A stretch of 64,000 nucleotides of DNA from NCBI RefSeq assembly GCF_028736115.1, contig NZ_CP117877.1, forward strand, positions 4,534,187 through 4,598,186, written 5' to 3'. The position numbers were made by a program, and so were the translations under genes. The first letter of the stretch is position 1; each line of letters opens with the position of its first letter. The DNA is from Mucilaginibacter sp. KACC 22063. Lineage in GTDB: Bacteria > Bacteroidota > Bacteroidia > Sphingobacteriales > Sphingobacteriaceae. Positions 41,299-50,993 of the stretch are shown piece by piece. The notes below the pieces were generated by a model. It saw nothing but the letters and a program-made list of their open reading frames with translations. It was not told the DNA's origin and did not search any database.

Positions 41299-42202
41299 TC
41301 AGGCTCTGAAAGCAAGCGGCGTAAAGCTGGTTTGCTTTTTAAAGTAATTAGAAAAATGCGCCACATCATCAAACCCTAAAGTATAAGCAACATCTGCCAC
41401 GCTCCAATCGGTTTGTTTGAGCAGGATACGGGCTTCCTGTATAACCCGGTTACTGATCAGTTCAGTAGTGGTATGCCCCGTTGCTTCTTTTAAAACTTTA
41501 TTAAGATGATTTACATGCAGCCAGCCTGTCGGCGTAATCTTTTGCTGATCGCAAGCTCAACCGCTGGTCCGCCGATGCTAAAGGAAACTGCCTTTCGAGC
41601 AACTCGATAAACAATGATGATATCCGCTGCGATGCATTTTGCGTTGTGCTTAATGCCGACATGGGTTGCAGTTTCTGCCCGTAATGAATCAACTCGAGCA
41701 CCAGGTTGCGCAACAAATCATATTTGTATTTATAATCGGAACTCAGTTCTTTCAGCATTTTCCTGAAGATATACTCTATCTCGGTAACTTCTTCATCAGA
41801 AAGCTGGAAGGCGGGTATTTGCCCCGGCTGAAATATCGGCAAGTCATCGAGCACTACGCCAGACTTACTTTGTGCCAAAAAATCTGGCGTAAATATGCAG
41901 AACATACCGGTTTGATCGTCTTCCGGGATCCAGTGATATGGGATTTTTGGAGTTGCAAAAAGCAAAGCATTAGCTGCCAGATCAATTACCTTGTCTGCAT
42001 ATTCTGCCCTGCTTTTTCCCTTTATCCAACTGATCTTATAATAGTCGCGGCGGCTGTAAGGCATGGTACGTTTACCCGTAGCTTTATCGAAAAGCTTTTC
42101 CGCTTCAAAAACATTAAAATGCCCTATTTCCTTAGCGATACCATTGGGCAGCGCAGCGGCAGTTTGTTTGTAAAAATCTTCGAGCGATGTGTGGGAAAAC
42201 AT
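41299..42202 (-). pseudogene. AraC-family transcriptional regulator, frameshifted
   Basis: The 233-aa N-terminal ORF (41501-42202) stops at 41501-41503. The canonical AraC HTH (WLHVNHLNKVLKEATGHTTTELISNRVIQEARILLKQTDWSVADVAYTLGFDDVAHFSNYFKKQTSFTPLAFRA) continues in a different frame down to stop 41299-41301. The two frames overlap only in 41504-41556, so an indel lies there. Confidence 0.7.
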
Positions 42203-42217
42203 ACCTTAATTTATTAA

Positions 42218-42982
42218 TTATAATGCCATACCACCGGCAGCTTCAATACGCTGTCCGTTTACCCAGCGGGCATCCTCTGTACACAAAAATGCTACTACGC
42301 CACCAATATCCTCGGCAACACCAGGTCTGCCCAAAGCTGTAAAACTGCTTACCATTTTTTGTAATTGCTCATCATTTCTTAAATGACCGCCGCCAAAGTC
42401 AGTCATGATGGCACCCGGCGCAACCACATTAGCCCTGATCTTTCTTTCGCCAAGTTCTTTTGCCAGATAACGTGTAAATGTTTCTACCGCAGTTTTCAAT
42501 GAAGCATATACCGAAGAACCGGGTATAGCTACACGTGTAAGTCCGGATGATATATTTACGATACCGCCGCCTTCGTTAATTAAAGGCAAAACTTTCTGCG
42601 TTAAAAAGTACACACCTTTAAAGTGGACATTCAGCAATTCGTCAAAAAATGCTTCTGTAACATCTGTAATTGGCGAATAACCACCTATGCCCGCATTATT
42701 AACCAGGAAGTCGATGTGATCAGTTCCGAATTTAGCATGAAGTACATCTTTAAGCTGATTAATAAAATTATCAAAGCTACTAACTGCTCCTGTATTCAGT
42801 TGTAATGCTGCAGCCTGCAACCCTTTCTGCTCTATTTCATTAATCACGTTTTGTGCATCATCAGCTTTGCTGTTGTAAGTGATGATGACGTTAATACCTT
42901 TATCAGCAAGGCGCAATGCCATGTCTTTACCCAGTCCGCGGCTGCCGCCGGTTACAAGGGCTATCTTCTTAGTGTTTTCCAT
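42218..42982 (-). CDS. SDR-family oxidoreductase
   Basis: TGGSRGLGK (TGxxxGxG), NNAG, S...YxxxK catalytic triad. Confidence 0.85.
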   Translation of the reverse strand: MENTKKIALVTGGSRGLGKDMALRLADKGINVIITYNSKADDAQNVINEIEQKGLQAAALQLNTGAVSSFDNFINQLKDVLHAKFGTDHIDFLVNNAGIGGYSPITDVTEAFFDELLNVHFKGVYFLTQKVLPLINEGGGIVNISSGLTRVAIPGSSVYASLKTAVETFTRYLAKELGERKIRANVVAPGAIMTDFGGGHLRNDEQLQKMVSSFTALGRPGVAEDIGGVVAFLCTEDARWVNGQRIEAAGGMAL

Positions 42983-43079
42983 TGCTCTATTTTATGATAC
43001 AAAGTTTGTACATAAAACAGTGCCAGCGTTAGCTGCAATCAATCCATTATTTGTAAAATTCAAATAATTAGCATCATCT

Positions 43080-43655
43080 TTACACTTTTAACACACCCCT
43101 GAAACCCCGTGCAGCATAATAAGATTCGGCACCGTTGTGGTAAACAAATACGGTATCATAACGGCGGTCGCAAAATATAGCACCGCCAAGCTTGCGGATA
43201 TGATCTGGCGTTTTCACCCAGTTTGATGTTTTTAAATCAAACTCCCCTAATTGTTGCAATTGCCGGTATTGTTCTTCTGTTAGTAATTCTACCCCCATAG
43301 CTGAAGCAGATTCTACAACATTATTTCTTGGCTTATTTTCTTTTCTCGAATCCAGGGCTTTACGATCATAGCAGAAACTCCTGCGGCCTTTAGGGCTTTC
43401 GGGCGAGCAATCATAAAATACGAATTCACCGGTGTTAGCATCGTACCCCACCACATCGGGCTCGCCTTCGGTTATTTCCATTTGATTTAACGACCAAAGC
43501 TTTTCCGGGTTAGCTTCAAGCCTTGCCTGCACATCTGCCCATTTAAGGCCTCCGTGTCGACTCATGTTCTTCCCGAATCTTTCTTTTAATACGCTTAGCA
43601 GTTGCTCAGTTTCTTGTATGGATAATTGTTTGCTCATTGCTTTAGGTTCTACCAT
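43080..43655 (-). CDS. DUF4256-family protein
   Basis: 191 aa. N-terminus MSKQLSIQETEQLLSVLKERF...HGGLKWADVQARLEANPEKLWSLNQME matches the DUF4256 pattern as I recall it. Confidence 0.65.
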   Translation of the reverse strand: MVEPKAMSKQLSIQETEQLLSVLKERFGKNMSRHGGLKWADVQARLEANPEKLWSLNQMEITEGEPDVVGYDANTGEFVFYDCSPESPKGRRSFCYDRKALDSRKENKPRNNVVESASAMGVELLTEEQYRQLQQLGEFDLKTSNWVKTPDHIRKLGGAIFCDRRYDTVFVYHNGAESYYAARGFRGVLKV

Positions 43656-43794
43656 AAATCTAAGATATTTTATTGGTTGTTATTGCCCAAAAACCTGTCG
43701 GAGGCATTTAAAATGACCAACAAGACTATAAATTTAAAGCTTATTAAAGATAGCTTAATAAAGACCGGTTAGCTTTACATTTTCAACCCACTTT

Positions 43795-44610
43795 ATGAAA
43801 ATTACGCTGCTACTTTCTTTTATATGCTTTTCAACTGGAGTTACGCTTGCACAGCCCAATCCGCTTCCTAAACCCCGGCATGCGTTCACCGTAGTTGCAC
43901 ACAGGGGCGACCACGTTAAATACCCCGAAAACTCTTTAGCGGCTTATGCGGAGGGTATAAAAAATGGCGTAGATTATGTAGAGATTGATCTGCGCACAAC
44001 CAAAGACAGTGTGCTGGTAAGCATGCATGACGGATCTGTAACCCGCATGACGGGTGCAACCGGAAACATCAGAGACCTGACGCTTGCCCAGGTTAAACAA
44101 CTGCGTTTAAAAAGCCGCGACACCAGCGACACCACTGTTTATCACGTACCGACATTCGAAGAAATCCTGAATTTGTGCAAGGATAAAATTTACATCTATC
44201 TTGATTTTAAGGAGGCATCGGTTGCTGCTACCTATGCCATGTTGCGCAAACATCACATGGAAAAGCAGGTGATTGTTTACATTAACAGCGAACAGCAATT
44301 AACCGATTGGAAACATGTGGCACCGCATATGCCCTTAATGCTGAGCCTGCCCGAGAATGAAAAAGACCTTGCCGCTATCAAAGCCTTTATTGACCTGCAC
44401 CACCCCGACTTATTAGATGGCAACTGGAAGGACTACAATAAAGAAATATTGACATATTTACAGGAAAAGCACTTATTAGCCTGGCCGGATATACAAAGCG
44501 CCGACGAAGACAAAAACTGGAAAGCTGCACTGGGCTTAGGATTTCACGGCTTGCAGACCGACCACCCGGCAGCACTGATTAATTATTTGGAAGAAAAGAG
44601 GATCAGATAG
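43795..44610 (+). CDS. glycerophosphodiester phosphodiesterase family protein (secreted)
   Basis: Signal peptide. VVAHRGD (HR(G) catalytic His) and EIDLRTTKD (E..D). Confidence 0.8.
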   Translation: MKITLLLSFICFSTGVTLAQPNPLPKPRHAFTVVAHRGDHVKYPENSLAAYAEGIKNGVDYVEIDLRTTKDSVLVSMHDGSVTRMTGATGNIRDLTLAQVKQLRLKSRDTSDTTVYHVPTFEEILNLCKDKIYIYLDFKEASVAATYAMLRKHHMEKQVIVYINSEQQLTDWKHVAPHMPLMLSLPENEKDLAAIKAFIDLHHPDLLDGNWKDYNKEILTYLQEKHLLAWPDIQSADEDKNWKAALGLGFHGLQTDHPAALINYLEEKRIR

Positions 44611-44632
44611 CGATTGAAAATTTGTGTTTGAC

Positions 44633-44824
44633 TTAAAAATCCTCAATTTTAAGACCATCAGAACTCAATACAGCTTTTATATTTTCCCTACCCAACTCTA
44701 CATATTCAAGAATTAAAGCAGCCTTATTTATATCTTTCTCTTTAATAGCCTCACGATACTTATCCATCAACCCACTTACATACAGACGCTCATTAACTGT
44801 CATTCCCAAGTACTTATTTGCCAT
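44633..44824 (-). CDS. hypothetical small protein
   Basis: 63-aa ORF at the island edge. No motif. Confidence 0.35.
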   Translation of the reverse strand: MANKYLGMTVNERLYVSGLMDKYREAIKEKDINKAALILEYVELGRENIKAVLSSDGLKIEDF

Positions 44825-45139
44825 GTTAATTATTACATAATAAGTTTAATTGCAGTTATCTTGTTGAGCCACCCAAATGATCTATAAATATAATTTCACC
44901 CATATACCTACTATAATTAAAATTATAATATACTCAGTCCACATATTCCTATTGTCCTACTTAGAATTAATTTGTCTTCGCAATCCCCCTCTGAATCCAT
45001 GTAGCACCCAATAAAAAAATGCTCCTATCCACAAGCATGTTAGCCTTGCTGCAAACGGTTCCTTTGCCATTATTTAAATTTCTTTCCCTTCAGACCTGCC
45101 TAGTAGTATCATTAAAACAATATATTTAATTACATGCTT

Positions 45140-45634
45140 CTAATTAACAACTTTATGCTCTTTGTTAAAATCATCCCAGCTCATTACCTGGTGATCATCA
45201 AAATAGCTTGCTACAAGTTCAATATTAAAAAGTTTAGGCTCTTCTCTAATGTTTAGCTTATTCAAGTACTTTTTATAATCTTGGTACTTACTAAATCCTT
45301 TTTCCAAACGCTTAGATGGTATAATTATGTGCCATGATTGTTTTTCATCTTTACCATCGAGAATAGTATTTATATTATAAAGAAAAATCGCATCATCTTT
45401 TACTGCTACCTTAACCGTATTTGGAAGGCCAGTATCCCCGTTTCCGAATAGATTCACACACCATCCAAATTCTTTAGAGGTTAGTATTGCTTCATAGGGC
45501 TTTAACAACGGTATTCGTGCTGAATCCCATTCTCCTTTCTCGGTATAAAACGAATCTGTTGTCGATTGTTTATTAGAATACTGTAAACAAGAAGTTAATA
45601 TCAATGATAATATAAAAAGGTACAGTTTTTTCAT
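45140..45634 (-). CDS. hypothetical lipoprotein
   Basis: Lipobox LILTSC. 164 aa. Confidence 0.5.
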   Translation of the reverse strand: MKKLYLFILSLILTSCLQYSNKQSTTDSFYTEKGEWDSARIPLLKPYEAILTSKEFGWCVNLFGNGDTGLPNTVKVAVKDDAIFLYNINTILDGKDEKQSWHIIIPSKRLEKGFSKYQDYKKYLNKLNIREEPKLFNIELVASYFDDHQVMSWDDFNKEHKVVN

Positions 45635-45720
45635 CGTTTTATATTTTTCACGTCAACTTTCATAAAGTCCCGATAATCTATTATTCACTTACGACTTAGA
45701 AAGGACTTAAAACAGTATTA

Positions 45721-46077
45721 TTAAGCCTGTCCCGGTTCTTTGATTCGACTTCTTTTAAAATTACTAAATAACATTAATCCATAACTTAGTATAATAAAGC
45801 TTTTAACTATCAATTTTTTTGTAAAGTCAGCTTGATTAAAGTACACGTCAATTTTAGAAATGGACTTACCTAATATTGTCACATTAAATAAAAAAAAGAG
45901 CAGTATAGGAATACCGACAGGAGTGTTCGTTCTGAACTCAATAAAAGGAAACACATAAGCAACTATTAAAAGCAATCCCATTTCAAGGACAGGCAAATAA
46001 TACGATTCATTGTAAATGAAATGTAAAATCAGCCAAATGATTAATATTATCGCTGTGCTATAAAATCTGAATTTCAT
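45721..46077 (-). CDS. hypothetical membrane protein
   Basis: 118 aa, 3-4 TM helices. Confidence 0.45.
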   Translation of the reverse strand: MKFRFYSTAIILIIWLILHFIYNESYYLPVLEMGLLLIVAYVFPFIEFRTNTPVGIPILLFFLFNVTILGKSISKIDVYFNQADFTKKLIVKSFIILSYGLMLFSNFKRSRIKEPGQA

Positions 46078-46223
46078 TGTAGTAACTGCATTCTAAAATT
46101 GACTAAAAATTTAATAAATACCCCGTCAGTTCTCGTTCCACTTGAGTATTGATCATCGATGGATTGTTTATAACCAGATGTTCAGAATATACTAGTATCG
46201 TGAGAGCGACTCTGAAAATCTTC

Positions 46224-46670
46224 TCAGTTTGTAATACCTAAAAAAGTTTTCAAATCATCTACATTATATAGTTCCAATGCCTTAAAAAAATAAACAGCAT
46301 GTTGTTTTCCCCTATAGTTAAATTTCATTTTATAAGAGAATCTTGCTGGTTTTCGCGCTAAGCTAAAAGCCTTTTTTAAATCAATGATTTCTGAAAGAGG
46401 CACTGTTATTTCATCTTTAGAAAAATAAGTTTTTATAGTAAGGCTCTTTGAGCTATACGACACCTTTCTATATTTCAATTGCTTGTAAGACTGCACTAAT
46501 ACAAGTATTATTAACAGAAAGTAAATAATTATAATGATGTTATCCGTGAAACTTTGAGCCCAGAAAATTCTAACAAAGATTATTATCAATATAGGTCCTA
46601 TAAATAATCCCACTAATGACCTATAGTATAAAACATCTGACGATAATTTTTTCATCTCCTTAGCTAACAC
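46224..46670 (-). CDS. hypothetical membrane protein
   Basis: 148 aa, 2 N-terminal TM helices. Confidence 0.45.
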   Translation of the reverse strand: MLAKEMKKLSSDVLYYRSLVGLFIGPILIIIFVRIFWAQSFTDNIIIIIYFLLIILVLVQSYKQLKYRKVSYSSKSLTIKTYFSKDEITVPLSEIIDLKKAFSLARKPARFSYKMKFNYRGKQHAVYFFKALELYNVDDLKTFLGITN

Positions 46671-46771
46671 TAATAGCTATATAATCCATCTTGTAAAGAC
46701 AACAGGCAATATTGATCTAAAATGCGAGATTGAGTGATCTTTAGTTAGATTAAATGTAAGAAAAATAAATC

Positions 46772-47179
46772 CTAGTGGATACCTGTAATTTGCTCCATTA
46801 TATGAAAAGCAAGCGCAAGGCTACCAATAACAAATGCTATCAAGGCTATTACTAAAAATGTACCTGCCAAATTTATATTTGGTTGCATCTTGTCAAATTC
46901 ACGTATATATTTTTTCCAATTTGAATTATGAATAAATGCAAAGTAATTAATTAAGAATACCACTAAAAGTGATATTAAAGTTTGAAATGAAAAAAAGGTA
47001 AACGCATCTTCTTGATCAATGAATTCGATGTAGTAAAATTTTAAAGATATTAAAAACAATACTTCTAAACACGAAATCGAAAATGCAGCTGTAAAATCAC
47101 TTGGAAAAATGGACGGCGACCATTCACCGAACTTATAAAATTTATAAAATAAATAATAGTATGCCCTTTTCATACTCAC
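46772..47179 (-). CDS. hypothetical membrane protein
   Basis: 135 aa, 3-4 TM helices. Confidence 0.45.
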   Translation of the reverse strand: MSMKRAYYYLFYKFYKFGEWSPSIFPSDFTAAFSISCLEVLFLISLKFYYIEFIDQEDAFTFFSFQTLISLLVVFLINYFAFIHNSNWKKYIREFDKMQPNINLAGTFLVIALIAFVIGSLALAFHIMEQITGIH

Positions 47180-47346
47180 TTTTTAATAATGATTTATAAA
47201 TCAAAAACAGGCCATAACACCCGCTATTAAAGCTACCAATCCAATTAAGAATTGGATAAGACTATCTATTTTCACTTTGACATGTAAAATAATAAGTTTT
47301 CAATTTAATTGATATAGAATAAAAAACGCAGCTCCGTTTACGCCGG

Positions 47347-47853
47347 TTATTTCATCATTATCCTTTTACGATAAACATGCCGTGATACAAGCACATTTAT
47401 AGTCTCAAAACTGATTATGATGTTGCTTTCGGAGGTGTTAAAGTACACGTTCACAAATACAGGCGTATCTATTCTGCAGGTCTTGCAAGTAATTCTATGA
47501 GATGCAGACCATCTGTACTTTTTAAAAGTAGTGTTAAAATACTTACACAGGGAGTTGAATATAGATTGATTAGGCGTTTTCATTGCATTTATGATACCAG
47601 TCCTCTTCACATCAAACCAACCTCTGTAAATCATCTCAGAATTACTGGCTTTTAGATTGAAATATATCCTATCTAGAATCTTGGATTTGATCAAATCTTT
47701 TTCAAAAGCCGCGCTATCTAAAAAAATCGTGCTTGTAAATTTAATTTTAGGTTTTAAGGCAGGAGCAGCACAGCAATCGTTTTGTGCATGGAGTTCCTTA
47801 CTTATGGTTACAAAAAATCCAATAAGCAGCAAAAGTATAAGCTTGTTCATCAC
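47347..47853 (-). CDS. hypothetical secreted protein
   Basis: Signal peptide MMNKLILLLLIGFFVTISKELHA. Cys-containing. 168 aa. Confidence 0.5.
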   Translation of the reverse strand: MMNKLILLLLIGFFVTISKELHAQNDCCAAPALKPKIKFTSTIFLDSAAFEKDLIKSKILDRIYFNLKASNSEMIYRGWFDVKRTGIINAMKTPNQSIFNSLCKYFNTTFKKYRWSASHRITCKTCRIDTPVFVNVYFNTSESNIIISFETINVLVSRHVYRKRIMMK

Positions 47854-48291
47854 TTTACTATGTTTATAGCAATTAATAAATATTAAATGAATTCTGGTTC
47901 AAACTTTATCCATTCAGCATCACTTAGATTTTACCTACTGCTCGCCCCTTAACAAAAAAACGCAGTCCTTATATGTAAGAGCTGCGTTTTTAGTACCCCC
48001 GACGAGAATATTAATACAGGCTTTTTACAGCGTTTCTGGCTCATTTTGGCTCAAATCGACTCATTTAAAATGCAAAAAAGTCCATTTGTATTTTACCTAT
48101 TATACGACTTGTAAGTGAATATGAGACGGTGGTTTATAATAGCACATAATAAGCTTTGTATTCCTCTAAGCTAATAATGTCAAATAACAACATTAAAATT
48201 AATCTAAACTTTTTCTTTTCTTGCTATGATACAATTGTCGATTATTTGAAAATACAAAAGGTATTTTATACATTAACAACAAATCTTTCAC

Positions 48292-49254
48292 ATGCCTAAG
48301 CTTAATACAAATACATTTAAAACTCTTGACGATTTACTTACGGCGGTTTATCAAGACTTAATGGAACGACCGAGTTCTATTCCAACTACAAGAAGCAAGA
48401 AAGGGGGAGACACTTGTGAAATTATTGGAGTAAGTTTGACTTTAGCCAACCCTCGTGCCCGCTTAAGTCGCTCTGAAGTTAAAGGCAAAGCATTTAGTCC
48501 TGTAGGCGAACTACTTTGGTATTTGTCTGGAAGTAATACATTAGAATTTATACAACCCTATATTTCGCATTACAAAGATGAGACAGATGATGGCAACACA
48601 ATTTATGGCGCATATGGCCCAAGGCTATTAAACATGCATAATAAATATAACCAGGTCAATAATATCATAAAATTATTAGGGCAAAAGCCCACATCTCGAC
48701 GTGCAGTTATACAACTTTTTGATGCATCAGACTTAGTTGGAACACATAAAGAAATTCCTTGTACTTGCACCTTACAATTTCTTTTGCGAGACAATCAATT
48801 AAATCTACATGTATCGATGCGCTCTAATGATGCATACATGGGCTTACCACATGACGTATTTGCCTTCACAATGTTGCAAGAAATAATGGCAAATATACTC
48901 GGTGTGGATATGGGGGCTTATCACCATTCAGTTGGGAGTCTACACCTTTATGATAATGATAGGAATCTTGTCGAACAATATTTATATGAAGGTTACCAAC
49001 CAACGAAATTTTATATGCCAGCTATGCCGAAAGTTGATCCTCGGCCAGCGATTAAGCAAATAATTAAACTTGAAGAGCTTATCCGAACGGATCAATCCTT
49101 TTGTCTTGATGGCCTTGATCCATATTGGGTTGATATCATAAAAATGGTACATATTCATTTTCTGAGTAAGAAAAAAGATATCACTGGCATCAGAAATGTT
49201 ATGGCTGGCATGAATGACATTTACAAAATGTATATTGAAAAAAAGATTTGTTAA
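48292..49254 (+). CDS. thymidylate-synthase-family enzyme (ThyA fold), predicted deoxycytidylate-type pyrimidine C5 hydroxymethylase/methylase
   Basis: Aligned from memory with E. coli ThyA: ELLWYLSGSNTL vs ELLWFLQGDTNI; TSRRAVIQLFD vs DSRRIIVSAWN; catalytic Cys in IPCTCTLQF vs APCHAFFQF; MRSNDAYMGLPHDVFAF vs QRSCDVFLGLPFNIASY; GSLHLYDN vs GDTHLYSN. The specificity Asn (ThyA N177) is replaced by Asp (PHD), as in dCMP hydroxymethylase. Confidence 0.8.
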   Translation: MPKLNTNTFKTLDDLLTAVYQDLMERPSSIPTTRSKKGGDTCEIIGVSLTLANPRARLSRSEVKGKAFSPVGELLWYLSGSNTLEFIQPYISHYKDETDDGNTIYGAYGPRLLNMHNKYNQVNNIIKLLGQKPTSRRAVIQLFDASDLVGTHKEIPCTCTLQFLLRDNQLNLHVSMRSNDAYMGLPHDVFAFTMLQEIMANILGVDMGAYHHSVGSLHLYDNDRNLVEQYLYEGYQPTKFYMPAMPKVDPRPAIKQIIKLEELIRTDQSFCLDGLDPYWVDIIKMVHIHFLSKKKDITGIRNVMAGMNDIYKMYIEKKIC

Positions 49255-49272
49255 TTCGCGCTTTTAAATATT

Positions 49273-50070
49273 ATGGTCGACGAAATAACAGAATTAGTTG
49301 AACGACTTTCAAATCCAAATCTCGCGGAATTAGATGTAATTACATGGGGAGCTCCTGTGCCTACATTTGGTAACTTAGAAGGCGCTAAAATTGCTACACT
49401 GGGTTTAAATCCAAGTAACAAAGAATTTGTAGACAATTCTGGTAATGAATTAATAGGTAACGCAAGACGCTTTCATACCTTAAGCTCATTAGGATTGGAG
49501 GCTTGGGAAGACGTACAACCTTGTCATCTCAACTCAATTGTTGAGTTATGTAATGAGTATTTTTTAAGAAATCCTTATGATGGTTGGTTTAAACGATTAG
49601 ACTATCTAATATCAGGTACATCTTTATCATATTATTTCCCCTCATCAGGGGCTTGTCATTTGGATTTAATACCTTACGCAACAACCACTAAATGGGGAGA
49701 ATTGACTAATTGGCAAAGAAATACGCTACTGAAAGAATATGGAGACATACTTGGTGAATTATTACGGAAGTCATCCATAAGATTATTAGTTCTTAATGGT
49801 AAAAGTGTCTTGGATAACTTCAATAAAATTTCAGATGTTAATTATGAAATTACATTGATGGAAGATTGGTGTTTACCAAGAAAAGACAGTACAGGAGTTC
49901 CTGGGTTTTCTTATGAAGGCATTTGCAGAAATATTGGAGGTGTATCTTTAGATGAACCTCTTTGTGTACTTGGATTTAATCATAATATTCAAAGTAGCTA
50001 CGGTATAACAACTGCAATTCAAGAATCAATTAGAAAATGGATAGCCACCAAATCGGCCAGCTTTTTATGA
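49273..50070 (+). CDS. hypothetical protein co-operonic with the TS-like enzyme (weak UDG-superfamily-like motif)
   Basis: 265 aa, 19 bp after the TS-like gene. GLNPS resembles uracil-DNA-glycosylase superfamily motif A (GxNPG/GINPG). No P-loop. Assignment is tentative. Confidence 0.5.
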   Translation: MVDEITELVERLSNPNLAELDVITWGAPVPTFGNLEGAKIATLGLNPSNKEFVDNSGNELIGNARRFHTLSSLGLEAWEDVQPCHLNSIVELCNEYFLRNPYDGWFKRLDYLISGTSLSYYFPSSGACHLDLIPYATTTKWGELTNWQRNTLLKEYGDILGELLRKSSIRLLVLNGKSVLDNFNKISDVNYEITLMEDWCLPRKDSTGVPGFSYEGICRNIGGVSLDEPLCVLGFNHNIQSSYGITTAIQESIRKWIATKSASFL

Positions 50071-50993
50071 GACTTTCAAGGGATATAGAGTTAGAAACTT
50101 CGTTAGTAAGTAGTCTTAAAGCTTTTCAAAACACAACCCCCTTATTAGGAATTGCGAATCAGCCAGAGCTTGACTGCTTTGTAAAACAGCTTGTGGATAG
50201 TGTACGTAGGATACAATATGTAACAACTATACGTGATAAAATAAATACACCGAGTTGTGTTAATCCTAACCTTGGCGGATTTAACCCCATTAAAGCGGCT
50301 GCGTTTCATCATGCTAATGGAAATTCGGAAGAAGCTTCTTGGCTTGTATTTTTAGCCACACATTTTGGCAAAAATAAAGCATCGGGATGGCAATTACTAC
50401 AAGATGTCTACGGTACTTTGGGAATGGGCATATTCGATTGGCAACAAGCATGTCAGTCTCCTCGAGGACTCGGAATATGGATTGATAATAATAAGAATCA
50501 GTTAAAAGCAAATGGTGGCAACTTTGGTAACCATCGAAAATATCAAAGCCTTAAAGTAAATAATACCGGCCAAACTATTTCGAGCTATATTGATTGGATT
50601 GGCAAAACCAAATCTCATTTAGTTAAATTTTTACAACTTGAACCAAACCAAGCTAATCCCAAAATACGATTTAGGGCATTTTATAATTCAATGTTACAAG
50701 TATATGGATTTGGAAGAACTGCTGTATTTGACTATTTAACCATGATGGGCAAATTGCAGCTTATTGATGTAGAACCCGACTCTGTATACATGATCGGCGC
50801 CACGGGGCCATTTAAAGGAGGACGGCTCCTTTTTACTGGAAGTTGTAATGCCTCAATTACACGCCGCCAAATGGATCGAATGCTGTCTTCACTTAACCAA
50901 CATTTAGGTATACCATTTGGGATGCAAGTATTAGAGGATGCTTTATGTAATTGGCAGAAATCTCCTAATCAGTATATTTATTTTAGCGGTTAA
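50037..50993 (+). CDS. hypothetical protein, third gene of the TS-like operon
   Basis: 318 aa. Start overlaps the previous gene by 34 nt (translational coupling). No motif I can assign with confidence. Confidence 0.55.
   Translation: MDSHQIGQLFMRLSRDIELETSLVSSLKAFQNTTPLLGIANQPELDCFVKQLVDSVRRIQYVTTIRDKINTPSCVNPNLGGFNPIKAAAFHHANGNSEEASWLVFLATHFGKNKASGWQLLQDVYGTLGMGIFDWQQACQSPRGLGIWIDNNKNQLKANGGNFGNHRKYQSLKVNNTGQTISSYIDWIGKTKSHLVKFLQLEPNQANPKIRFRAFYNSMLQVYGFGRTAVFDYLTMMGKLQLIDVEPDSVYMIGATGPFKGGRLLFTGSCNASITRRQMDRMLSSLNQHLGIPFGMQVLEDALCNWQKSPNQYIYFSG

Noticed and set aside
41666-42217. 183-aa plus-strand ORF
   Set aside because: Antisense to the AraC pseudogene N-terminal domain. No motif. The AraC frame has clear homology.
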